From NCBI GenBank assembly GCA_024704765.1, contig JAKMXF010000109.1:1-17202 (forward strand): a DNA stretch of 17,202 bases, read 5' to 3'. The position numbers were made by a program, and so were the translations under genes. Below the pieces are notes generated by a model, which was not told the origin of the DNA, did not search any database, and saw only the letters and a program-made list of their open reading frames with translations. Position 1 is the stretch's first letter; every line of letters begins with the position of its first letter. The stretch is from Oopsacas minuta. Its lineage: Eukaryota; Animalia; Porifera. This document shows positions 1 through 9,499 of the stretch, one piece after another.

Positions 1-98
1 TCGTATCACGATTATAATGAATAGCATTATATGATTTCATACCACAATGATATAACAGAAATTTATTGCACAATAGGGGGATCATTTTCGTCAAAACA
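1..98. mobile_element. Right terminal inverted repeat of a Ginger-like DNA transposon (ends ...CAAAACA, followed by TSD CTAT at 99-102)
   Basis: 1-98 is the reverse complement of 7674-7771 with one mismatch (position 15). Termini are TGT...ACA, with the same 4-mer CTAT outside each end (7670-7673 and 99-102). TGT/ACA termini, long TIRs and 4-bp TSDs are the known Ginger signature. No transposase is visible. Confidence 0.7.
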
Positions 99-412
99 CT
101 ATGCATAGATCAGCCATTTCAGAACATCTACATAATATTTCGCATCTACCTCTGTATGATGATTACTACTGTGAAAGTGAGTGCTCCTTTTCAAAGCTGG
201 CTCGAATCAAGAACCAATTGCGATCGACCATGGTGGAACAACATCTGGTCATGCTCACCCTTATGAGCATAGAGCACGAGATGTTGCGTAAGCTTGATTT
301 CATCAATGTGATAGATGAATTCGCAAAGAATAAGTGCCACAAAAGCCTATGTAGAGAGTTTTTCCTGATGTGTGTGTTTTATATAAGATTAATAAATTGT
401 GGGCTAATTTGA
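99..412 (+). pseudogene. hAT (ZMYM1-like) transposase C-terminal dimerisation domain, frameshifted
   Basis: One frame reads FQNIYIIFRIYLCMMIT. After a frameshift near 168 the sequence reads CESECSFSKLARIKNQLRSTMVEQHLVMLTLMSIEHEMLRKLDFINVIDEFAKNK, matching the hATC consensus FPN..ALRI.L...T....ERSFSKL..IKN.LRSTM...RL..L...SIE. Confidence 0.9.
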
Positions 413-464
413 TTTTGAAAACTGTGGGGTCGGTTTGATGTAAGACATATTGGAGACTAAATTT

Positions 465-506
465 TGGACCAGCACCAGGGCCCAGACGACCCTTAATGTG
501 GTCCTG
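465..506 (+). mobile_element. Right terminus of the hAT element
   Basis: The reverse complement reads CAGGACCACATTAAGGGTCGTCTGGGCCCTGGTGC, a CAGG-start, GGGCCC-containing end typical of hAT elements. It lies about 90 bp after the hATC ORF. Confidence 0.55.
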
Positions 507-960
507 TCAGTATTTCTCACTCTTTTATCAGATTGGTGCATGCAATCAACAGTCCAAACCGTTTTTTCTGACCAATTCTGTCAGAGAAAATAGTCAGAAA
601 AACCCGAGTCAAACGAGGTAAAATCATTAGCTGATTCCTGTTTTCGACACCAAACACATTTAACATGTGTCCAAAGTGGCACACAAACTGAGTGTGCATC
701 ACGCCCCTGATCTTCGAAGAACTGGCTCACTTTCTAAAATCTAAGCACACCCTACTGTAACTTGTACCAAATTTGTTGCTTTTACCTGACTACTCACGGT
801 TTCAGGGCTAACAGCCAGCCCTGACTATCTGGGAATTCAATATTACAAATTTTGCGATGTCATTATGGCAACAGTAGGTGTGATAGGGATTAATTATTTA
901 ATATAGTAAAAGCACCACTCTAGACAAAGGTCAATGGCCTATCTAGCCATTACAAAATGT

Positions 961-1399
961 AAGCTTTACATTGAAACTTTAGAGTCACTTGACTAACATA
1001 TCTACTTTCTACATACTTTAACCCAAGTAGTTTGTTAAATAAGATAATTGTTTTGAGATTTTGTTTCCTATATCAGCCTATATGGGTAGTATATAGAGGT
1101 GGCAAGCCTGGGTTTTGGTTAACCAATTTTTCATTCAATATTAGAAAATATTCTAAACTAAGTATGTTTTAGGTATGCTTTGTTTCTGTCCGGGCTTGGC
1201 CCGAAATTCTGCCAGTTGCGACCTCTACTAAACTACTAGTTTAGTCAGGGTATACGTATTTCGTGTTATGTTTTCGAAATTCTAAAGATTTGAATCTATT
1301 GTTCAAGACATTCGCAGGTCTCCGACTTGCCATGGGAGTAGAATTTCAATTCTCATACAAGGCTTAAAAACTGCATTTAAAAAGCGTAGAATTAGGCTT
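961..1399 (-). repeat. Inverted, partly deleted paralog of the toxin-CTBS spacer (961-1358 matches ~12776-13200; ~1359-1399 matches ~12546-12584)
   Basis: Colinear reverse-complement similarity over hundreds of bp, including both MITEs and their flanks. Visibly more diverged than the adjacent 1400-1690 block. Confidence 0.9.
1094..1227. mobile_element. hAT-type MITE (TAGAGGTGGCAA...TTGCGACCTCTA); paralog at 12948-13066
   Basis: 12-bp imperfect TIRs starting TAG. No clear TSD. Confidence 0.5.
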
Positions 1400-1690
1400 C
1401 AGATGCGGAAAACGTTCCCTCATTTTGGCCTAGCTAAGCATCTGGTCCCAGTTTCACATTATATTACCTACAGTTTGAATCTATACTTCGAATAATTCAC
1501 ACGTAATGTATTTATCAATGAGCATAAAAATAGGAAACAATAAAATTAGAAAGGGTAGTAGTTACAATATTAAACTTAGTAATTCTATAAATTATATTAT
1601 TTAACACTTAAGAATATTCTGAGTAATCTTAGAGCTCGAGGGTTAAGATCCATTTATTCTGAGGACCAAATCTTCTGCCAAACAGTATTT
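1400..1690 (-). repeat. Inverted copy of 11723-12013: last 37 nt of the MACPF CDS (NTVWQKIWSSE*) plus ~250 bp of 3' flank
   Basis: By-eye alignment gives about 9 mismatches in ~290 nt. The ~120 nt nearest the coding end are identical. Confidence 0.93.
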
Positions 1691-1913
1691 NAATGGGAGA
1701 AGATACCCGAAGAAACCCTGCATGCCGCAGTAGAAGGATTCCCGAACAGACTCAGGGTTGTTACTTCCAAAAAGGGTGGTTATATTGAATAAATGGCTAG
1801 GGAATCTCTTCCTAATAGTATATATTAATTATATATAGAAAATCAATGATGTAGGTCATGCTGAAAAACATTATAGACAAAATGGTTTGTATCAGAACTT
1901 TGGAGCCACCCTG
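1691..1913 (+). mobile_element. 3' end of a Tc1/mariner element: transposase C-terminus plus right TIR, TA at 1914-1915
   Basis: From 1693 it reads WEKIPEETLHAAVEGFPNRLRVVTSKKGGYIE*, the typical Tc1 C-terminus (W..I......LV.S.P.R...V...KGG). 1886-1913 is the exact reverse complement of the 28-bp TIR at 10242-10269. Confidence 0.85.
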
Positions 1914-1943
1914 TATGGTGAATAACCGAATTAGTTTCTATAA

Positions 1944-2099
1944 GGTTGTTTTCATGTCTGAAGATAATACCTTCTCACACGTTAAAATGTATGGTTTTTG
2001 AAATATCGGCGAAGGCAATTGTCAGTAGTCTAATCACCGATATCTCAAAAGCTATACATTTTTGCATTCGAAAATGTGTTATCCGACATGAAACCACCC
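1944..2099. mobile_element. Foldback MITE with ATAA/TTAA flanks (possibly Kolobok- or piggyBac-related)
   Basis: The arms pair over most of their length: GGTTGTTTTCATGTCTGAAGATAA vs TTATCCGACATGAAACCACC, and AAAATGTATGGTTTTTGAAATATCGGCGA vs TCACCGATATCTCAAAAGCTATACATTTT. Confidence 0.55.
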
Positions 2100-2144
2100 T
2101 TAACTGCCCTTAGAAACCCGATAATGTCATTTAACATATTCGAA

Positions 2145-2325
2145 ATGGTTATTTAGTTACTCAAATAGCGCGGATCATGGATCTTCAAACTTTTAATGAT
2201 ACTCCACACACTAGTTATTTTCTCGGAAATTCCGCGACACCTAAACGACGTCCAATTATCTCGAAAGTTTTGAGGAATTTTGCATTTGAAGGAAACAGAA
2301 TATGAGGTTGGACATCACCTTATCA
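2145..2325 (+). repeat. Dispersed repeat; diverged inverted copy at ~10055-10237
   Basis: Shared blocks such as GTTATTTAGT(T/A)ACTCAAAT, ATCATGGAT, CCTAAACGACGTCC and GGAA(A/C)CAGAATA. Confidence 0.75.
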
Positions 2326-2591
2326 AACCTCGAATTTTTGGGACGTCGCGGGAAGTAAACTCGCGCGTTCTAATAGTATAGAAAATTTTGATCTGTCATC
2401 ACCACTTCCACAATTGTGACGTCATAAGTACTATCGCTCTTCGCTTGCTAGTGTAACGGAGTTCTAATAGGATTAACTTAAACAGGATTATTTCAGTCAA
2501 GATTCACTTATATATGAGATTGCGAAGAGATTACGATTATCTTTTAGTCTTAACTATTGTATTATTTATTTCTAAGTTAAATCGGTTTTAT

Positions 2592-2609
2592 TGGTAGCAG
2601 AGAGTGGTT
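2592..2609 (+). promoter_or_regulatory. Primer-binding site complementary to initiator tRNA-Met (LTR retrotransposon)
   Basis: TGGTAGCAGAGAGTGGTT vs the reverse complement of the vertebrate tRNA-iMet 3' end, TGGTAGCAGAGGATGGTT. It lies 8 nt before a gag-like ATG. A TGTAACGG at 2452 may be the LTR start. Confidence 0.75.
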
Positions 2610-2617
2610 AACAGTAA

Positions 2618-2818
2618 ATGGAAAACTTGGTTCAAGCAGAGAAATTTGAAAACGGTGACGTGGAAGAACTTATTGGCTATTTTGAAATATGCTATTTGGC
2701 GAATGAATGGTCTAATGAAAAGAATGGATTGTTGCTGGCTACACGTCTAAAAGGGGAAGCTTTAAACATTTTAAAAACTCTGAATAGGGATTATCATAAA
2801 GACTACGGAGAGTCTTGA
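2618..2818 (+). pseudogene. Ty3/Gypsy gag N-terminal remnant
   Basis: FENGDVEELIGYFEICYLANEWSNEKNGLLLATRLKGEALNIL resembles Gypsy gag (F.....W..FE.....N.W........L...L.G.A). It sits directly behind the PBS and stops prematurely. Confidence 0.65.
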
Positions 2819-3635
2819 CCGTATTGCGGTCTTCTCTGAATCCTTTATGCTCGCGGTATACACCAGAAGAAAGGTAACAGAGAGATGATAAATGTTTTGT
2901 TTGTGATGGTAAGGGGCCATTATGCTCAAATTTGTCTCAGTTCTAATCGAGACTCTGTAAAATTAAAAGTTATTATTTTATTTGATCAAATCCTAACTTC
3001 TAATCAAGCAACCAGAATGACTGCAATTCCTAGCAACAATTATCGCACTCACCTCCGCCGGGTGTAAGTAAGGTGAAGCCTGCTATACCGACCACAGGTG
3101 GATCGGCCCCAATTAGTGCATCAGCACTAACGAAGGGAACCATGTGCAAAAATACGAGGCCTGCTAACGTACCCGTCTCTACACCCTACAAGGAGCTACT
3201 AAGCTCCTCAACTGGAACTACCTCCAATAATAACTGTCCTAAGAAATAGACTGCTCTATGTCAGAATGGTTCTTGCAACCATCCAAATCATGTCACCAAA
3301 TCAATCTGGAGAAGTGATGAATTTACTATACAGGCAAACTTCTCACTTCTCCCGAGCTCGTACACCTCTTTTTGTTTAGGGAAGGAGGACTAAGCGGCAT
3401 CTCTCCTTCCCTCCTACATGACCTCTATACCAATCACAACTGCTATCTTTGCACCGACCCTACTACACCACAAACCAAAAGTACACACCACCACAAAATA
3501 TTCCAAACCAACAGGACCTATATGACACCAATAGTAGTTACAGAACCTGAACCACCTCCATCTACCTGGGACTACAAAGCTCCACCAGTATTCCTACATC
3601 AGACAGCTAACATAAGGACTGGTGTAATCCTATAA

Positions 3636-3870
3636 GAACTGTTAGATCATGGCCTAACATTTCAGCAACCCCAAGAGGATCAAGGAAATCTCTTTCTTAC
3701 TTCATTCCAGGGGATCCTCAACCTAGAGGAAAACCAACCCCACTGAGGTTCTTTAAACCTACCAGACAAGAACAACGCACATACGACAAGTATTCTAAAC
3801 TTTTAATCAACCTTAAACAATCCCTCAAGAAGGAGAACCGGGAAATCCTATCGGCGGACAAAGGACCTTG
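3636..3870 (+). mobile_element. Penelope-like element remnant (region N-terminal to the RT); may extend upstream to ~3070
   Basis: ELLDHGLTFQQP and, after a frameshift, LKQSLKKENREILSADKG* match the PLE motifs L.KGL.F.P and L..L......I..ADKG. The plus strand is A/C-rich. Confidence 0.5.
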
Positions 3871-3964
3871 ACTATTCCTTGTCCCAACCTTCACGGTGTT
3901 GCGAATCTACCAACTCTACCTCTCCAAGAAGTTAGTTAACGTACATCCCATGATCTACCTGCAA

Positions 3965-4275
3965 GTTCCTTTGAAGGATACTGTTATAATTCCAGCTGGT
4001 GGATGTTTAGTAGTCAGAATAATCTCTAATAATCCAGGTACACGGTTTCTTCATTGTCACATGCTATTGAAGGTATGGCAATGATTCTTAAAGTTGCTAG
4101 CGATCACCATAATCCTCCAGAGGGAATTCCTAAATGCGGAAATTTCGATTTCGACACGAATGAGTTCTACGAGAAAAATATAGTTAAGTGCAGGCTATCA
4201 ATTGATTTCTTCCTTTGTCTTTGTGATGGCGATTACTCTTTCTATCCTATTTCTGTGGCTATAGTTGCTCTCTGA
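3965..4275 (+). pseudogene. Laccase-like multicopper oxidase, C-terminal (cupredoxin domain 3) fragment, frameshifted
   Basis: VPLKDTVIIPAGGCLVVRIISNNPGTRFLHCH, then in another frame HAIEGMAMILKV...PPEGIPKCGNF. This matches the laccase consensus KDTV..P.GG....RF.ADNPG.W..HCH...H...GM. No upstream domains are present. Confidence 0.85.
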
Positions 4276-4838
4276 TTGACTACTTTCATATCTTTATACG
4301 TATCAAATAGGGTATTTATTCATTTTAGCTATACTATATGACATCTATTATATGTTATTTTCTAATTTCCAATAAATTTTGAATATTTACTTATTGTTAG
4401 AGCTATTGTTATGGGAACTATTGAGTATTGAGCTCATCAATATTTAGCCTAAAATTACCTCACAAATTGCAAAACTAGCATTCTGATACAATTTGGGTTG
4501 AAATATCCTCCTTGATTTTGGGTGCTCATTTGTAGTGGGGACTTTGGTAAAAAATTTCACAAACTGTATACAGGCACGTAGTTCTGAGTATAATACCATC
4601 AATAAATTTAGCTAGTTGCTACTTAAGCTTCAAGAAAATTAGCTATTTACTACTTAAGCTAACCTGAGGCATTTAGCTGTCAGAAAGCGAAGCGAGCTAG
4701 TACCAAATTAATGTGATTATGGTAGAGTAGGCCTGTAACTACTTTGAGTTAGCTATTTCACAGTGCACGCGCAACGGATTTTGAGATTCTTGAAAGTAAC
4801 ATGGTTAAAGTGAACCAAAATTTAACTAAAAGTGGTGC

Positions 4839-4903
4839 TGGGTCACTTAAGTCAATGGGTCAAATGGGTCATGGGCACAGTAAGTGATCCATGGTCCACT
4901 CTG
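4839..4903. mobile_element. Probable DNA-transposon (hAT-like) terminus with TGGGTCA subterminal repeats
   Basis: Three or four TGGGTCA/TGACCCA-type repeats ending in ...CCATGGTCCACTCTG, followed by a short (TG)n tract at 4905-4919. Confidence 0.4.
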
Positions 4904-4961
4904 ATGTGTGTGTGTGTGTTTAACCTTAATGAAGATTTACTAGAAACTAGATGTGTACTTA

Positions 4962-5465
4962 CCCTAAGGGGGGGCTATGGGTGCTGTAGCACCCGGGCCC
5001 GCGTAAGCATAGTCGTAGCGGGCCTGCAAAAATTTCTCTCTTGCAGATTTGCAAAGAGCCAAACAGAAAGTTCCCGCTACAGTAAGATAAGCGGTTGTAC
5101 ATACTTGATTATACAATACCAGTTCGGTGGTCCCAACTGGGGTGATTAGCCCAAATGGAGTAATATGAGGATTTTCGGAAGGTAATGAGTACTTCATTAG
5201 ATTAAAATTTGTTATCAATAGTTCCACAGTTGTTATTCGTTTTTGATGGCATCTAATTGGTTTCTAATTGGCTTCAGACTGTGAATTATAGACTACTATT
5301 GTATAAGGAGTTTGAATGTATCTTGTGGTTAAATGGGATGTTTTATTATATATTATCCAGAAGTTTTGTTGATACTACAATGTTTGGCCAATTACTATAA
5401 TAATTATTGATATTGAAACATACTATACACTCAACTTGCAATATAACTCGTGGTCTAGTAATAGA
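4962..5465 (+). mobile_element. Left subterminal region of the hAT element (outermost TIR bases apparently lost)
   Basis: CCCTAAGGGGGGGCTATGGGTGCTGTAGCACCCGGGCCC resembles the reverse complement of the right end at 465-506 and hAT left ends generally. It precedes the transposase. Confidence 0.45.
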
Positions 5466-7673
5466 ATGTCAACGCATAAGAGCACATTTGGTTCTGCGAA
5501 GCGCAAAGTGACTGCTGCCAAAAAGCGTCTCATGCTGCGATTCTCTCCAAGATGCCTTTGTTGGACAAGATATTCGCATCTTCTCAATCTAGCCCTCGAG
5601 TTGAATCTCAATCTCAGTCACCTGAACAAAGTGATATTAGTGAGTTCATGCATACAGATATGACAGAGGAACCTTTGTCTGAACACTTCAGCGCTAGCGC
5701 TCCAGTTGCGGAGGCTGAATTTTGCACAGATTTAAAACAGTAGGTCAGTGATATTGGTTTGTGGGGGAAGTTAGAAACCAATCGCGAATACTGGGCCGAA
5801 AGGGGCAGCTCCCACTGCCAAAGAGTAGATGCTAATTTCAATCAAAGCAGTGCAGTTTTTGGAACGGAGAGTTTACAGGCCGCTGTTCGCCCTCATATTT
5901 TACTCGTGTTCACAAACTTACCAGAGCTAAAATTCGACGCTCTTGGCTGTGTTACTAGATATCAAAGAAAATTTTATTTTGCTTTTTTTGCAAGTTGTTC
6001 GATCATCCAGATCATGATAATAGCACATTTGTTACATGTTTTAGTAACTGGAGAAAGTGTGAAGTAAAGATTGCTGCTCATGAGAACGGCCAAAGCCATC
6101 GAGCATCGATTATAGCATTTTCTGCTCGCTAACACGTTAGCGGACGGGTTGATAAAAGATTAATTCAAGAGTATGAATCTTAATGTGAATACTGGCGTGC
6201 TGTACTCACTCATATTGTCAGTGTACTTCGGTTCATCACAGAGCGCGGCCTTGGACTTCATGGTTCGGACCAAATCATTGGTTCTCCGAACAATGGGAAC
6301 TATCTTGGCTGTTTGGAATTGATAGCTGAATACGATGCTTTCCTCTCCGAGCATATTCGAAAACATGGTAACAAGGGTCGCGGCCATACTTCATATTTGT
6401 TTTCTACTGTATGTGATGATTTTGTCTCCATAACGGGCAAGTGTGTTTGGGATGAAATTATGAGTGAATCAACCGCGCAGGTCACAACTTCGTATCTGTG
6501 GACACGACGCCTGACGTTTCTAACGTGGATCAGCTTACTTGTATGGTTCGCTATGTGTTGTTGTCCCAGTCGAACGCTTTATGCACTTTCTGCCTATGAT
6601 GAAGCATACTGGGCTGGAACTGGCGACGAGGTTATTAACGTCCTTGACACTAAGAAATGTCGTGGGCAAGCCTATGATAATCCATAGAATATGAGTGGAA
6701 TGTACAACGGGATGCAAGCAATCATTCTTGAAAAATGTCAGTTCGCAGCCTTCATTCCATGTGCAGCTCGCTCATTGAATCTTGTAGACAAATGTGCAGC
6801 AGAGTGTTGCCCTGGTACCGTCAGCTCTTCGATTTCATGAATCAGCTGTACACGTATTTCTCTGCATCAACACACCGTTGGCTTGCGCTCAACGAAGCAC
6901 TGGGTCCAGGCAGATTGGTAGTCCAGAAACTGTCGACTACTCGATGGTCAGCACGAGTGGACGCTGCAGTAGCTTTAGACAAGGGCTATGACGCTATTTT
7001 GGTAGCACTCTGCGAAATAGCTAACGATGTTTATCAGACCGCTAATGCCAGGTAGAGGCTCGAGGTTTACGGGATCGTATGGACCAGCTTGAAACGCCAT
7101 TTTAACTGATGTATGGTTTGAAATTCTGTCGCAGTTCAACAAGATCAGTATCACACTGCAGACGGCTGGCATAGCTTTGAACACAGCTGTAGATTTGTTG
7201 AAGGGTTTGATCGAGATTCGTGACCAGTTCGACCGTTTTGAGGCTTATGGCGTAGAACGAGTTGGGCATGAAGAATATACGGCAGAAAAGAAGCGTGTGC
7301 GCAAGCGGAATGTTAATGGGACTTTTGAACTGGAGAGGAAGCAGTCCTGGATTCCAGGAACGCTTTCGGGTGGAGATTTTTATTTCTATCATGGATAGCG
7401 CACTGCAGCATCGGCTGAATGCCTACGAAACCATCTACGCCAACTACAGCTTCCTCAGCAACCTCCACACGTCTTCAAGTGATGATATGACAGTTGCAGC
7501 TGAGCGGCTGGTTCGTGAATACCAAGAAGATTTGGAGGAAGATCTCCCTGTTGAGCTAATCCAGTTCGTTAGTTTTGTTAAATCAGAGCAAGTTCAGCAG
7601 ACCTTAGCTTCTAACGAACCAGAAGTTAAAATTGGCTAGGAGCTGCGTTTATTCCTTTTATTCACAGAACTAT
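5466..7673 (+). pseudogene. ZMYM1-like hAT transposase (TTF zinc finger, DUF4371, RNase H-like core) with multiple frameshifts and stops
   Basis: Collinear motifs: GSAKRK; ILFCFFCKLF; HENGQSH; GSPNNGNYLGCLELIAEYDAFLSEHIRKHGNKGRGHTSYL; CRGQAYDN; NMSGMYNGMQA; FDFMNQLYTYFSASTHRW; KLSTTRWSARVDA; FRVEIF; YQEDLEEDLPVELIQF. Interrupted at 7673 by the Ginger-like TIR. Confidence 0.93.
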
Positions 7674-7887
7674 TGTTTTGACGAAAATGATCCCCCTATT
7701 GTGCAATAAATTTCTGTTATATCATTGTGGTATGAAATCATATAATGCTATTCATTTTAATCGTGATACGACACAATCGGTGATGTTTCTATTTAATGAA
7801 TAATATAGAGCCTGCGATGGTTATATTTGTGTAGTGGTGAGTAAGTATATTGTAGTGGTTTACAGAAGCATAAAAGCTTTGTCAGTA
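7674..7887. mobile_element. Left end of the Ginger-like element (TGTTTTGACG...), running into the N at 7888
   Basis: 7674-7771 is the inverted repeat of 1-98 and is preceded by CTAT (7670-7673). Confidence 0.7.
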
Positions 7888-7888
7888 N

Positions 7889-8014
7889 ACTAGGGGCAAA
7901 ATTTTATCAGTTGATTTTGTAAAATGGAAAATTTGTCTACAGAGTCCTGTGCGTAACTAATCAACAAAAAATATATCTAATCTATAAGCCTCTAAATGCC
8001 TTAACCACTGGACC
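7889..8014 (+). repeat. 126-bp exact direct repeat of the window end (17077-17202)
   Basis: Base-for-base identical. It starts immediately after the N at 7888, and the second copy ends exactly at the last base of the window. Confidence 0.97.
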
Positions 8015-8328
8015 TATATATAGTATAATCCTACACTAAGGGAATCTTCATAAGTGTAGGATAATCACATTTTCCCAGAAAAGTAGGGAGCCAACATTTT
8101 GCCTTGAGCCAATGGTCAATTCCTCAAGTAAATTCTAGAGACGCATACCTGCCAATAGTCCAGGGATTTCCATACACCCCAGGGACCAACATTTGTAACC
8201 AAAATTTGCATTACCATTTTTATAAATTTTAAATAATTAATATTGTTCAAATAGATTTAGGGTCAAATTGTGAGATAATTATTGGTAGTTACGCCACTGT
8301 GGATTTGTATTTGTGAAGAATGATATAA

Positions 8329-8515
8329 GGGGTCGTTCAAACGTTACGTACCACCCCTCCCCTTGGTAGCATGAAGTAAGTGGGCTCCATATGGACCCCA
8401 TACATGGTGTTGTATTTGTATAGGGTCCATATGGACCCCATTTTGTCATCGATTTTGGAGCAAATCAGACAATGGGGTCCAGAATGAACTTGGGGTATGA
8501 ATGGACCCCAGTGAG
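8329..8515. repeat. MITE-like repeat with GGGGTCGTTCAAACGTTAC terminus and ATGGACCCCA/TGGGGTCCA motifs
   Basis: Several direct and inverted GGACCCC motifs. The GTCGTTCAAACGTTAC 16-mer recurs at 15015-15030. Confidence 0.45.
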
Positions 8516-8754
8516 CCAACGAGCGGTTGAGACTCTATTTACGATTTGAAATATTGTCTCCCTTTGTTGGGAAATCGATCGACTGCTATCAGGTATTTTC
8601 TAACTTCACGGATGTATGCTAACGTGGATTGTGCACCTTTCCAAAAATACTGAGATTTTATCCCTCGAGATGTTACCGAAATCTATTTTAGGGGGTTTAG
8701 CTCATGGATTATAACTCGTTGATCGTTAAAATTATCACCAATTCAGTCTAGCAT

Positions 8755-8930
8755 GGTTGCCATGGGAAGGAAATTTGATTCCCCTTCCTAACCCATTCCC
8801 CTGGTTTCCTTCCCATGGAAATCCCAGATGGGAATCGCGTGGAATTCTTATTTTCCCACAAGATTCCAATAGGATTTCCTACGTGGGGAAACCCATCGTA
8901 AGGAAATCATTTCCCATTCTTCAATGTCCC
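8755..8930. repeat. GGGAA/TTCCC-rich MITE-like repeat (hAT-derived type)
   Basis: Dense inverted GGGAAT/ATTCCC motifs starting GGTTGCCATGGGAA, with similar motifs at 12694-12820. The ORF 8757-8987 over it is spurious. Confidence 0.35.
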
Positions 8931-9028
8931 AAAAAATATCGTACTCCACTCCGCGTCTACATCCATACCCTCAACACAATTCTTTGAGTATGCTAGTGAT
9001 TTAGGCATTGATTGTTTCAGTAGATAGA

Positions 9029-9499
9029 ATGCAATGTTTATTTTCTATTCCAAAAAACCTCACTCAGATCAAACATGTATCTCGAATTCTCAGATTCATT
9101 GCAGATTATATCCCTGACAAATCTCCATTTTTTATCAAGAGTAAAGACATTCCTAAAGAGATTCATGTAAAGACAGACAATCTTCGTTACGATAAAATGA
9201 TGTCTGTAGTACTTGATGTTTCAAGAAATAGAATCGACATACAAACTTCACAAAATAGAGTCTATGTTAATGGAATAGAATTGAAGAAGAAAGGTAAAAA
9301 GATTAAGAAAGGTGACATCATAGAGGTGGATTTTGAATCAAGCGAGAGGAAGTATTTGTTTGAAAGAGGTAGAGTTGAAGTGTTACAGTTGAATAAGGAT
9401 AATGATTATTATAATGTTGTATTTAGGAGATTTAAACTGTATGGATTTGTTTTGAGGGATGAAAATGTGAATACAGATTCGAAACTGGATTCAAGCTAG
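9029..9499 (+). CDS. MTRES1: Mitochondrial transcription rescue factor 1-like protein (C6orf203 family, S4-like RNA-binding domain), 156 aa
   Basis: LRYDKMMSVVLDVSRNRIDIQTSQNRVYVNGIELKKKGKKIKKGDIIEV parallels MTRES1 (LRYD.....GLD..RNK.E..FY....R.NG.KL.KKS..VK.GD..D). The N-terminus after the ATG at 9029 is acid-poor, as expected for a mitochondrial presequence. The ORF track uses TTG 9008. Confidence 0.7.
   Translation: MQCLFSIPKNLTQIKHVSRILRFIADYIPDKSPFFIKSKDIPKEIHVKTDNLRYDKMMSVVLDVSRNRIDIQTSQNRVYVNGIELKKKGKKIKKGDIIEVDFESSERKYLFERGRVEVLQLNKDNDYYNVVFRRFKLYGFVLRDENVNTDSKLDSS

Noticed and set aside
4832-5227. Overlapping ORFs 4832-5149 (+) and 4964-5227 (-)
   Set aside because: They span a TE terminus, a microsatellite and the hAT subterminal region; chance open frames.
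8028-8062. Small hairpin ATCCTACACT...AGTGTAGGAT
   Set aside because: A 10-bp stem in an AT-rich, TE-rich region; no ncRNA or terminator role can be supported.
8380-8515. Repeated ATGGACCCCA motifs as a CRISPR-like array
   Set aside because: The motifs are short, in mixed orientation and irregularly spaced, with no cas genes, in a eukaryotic context.
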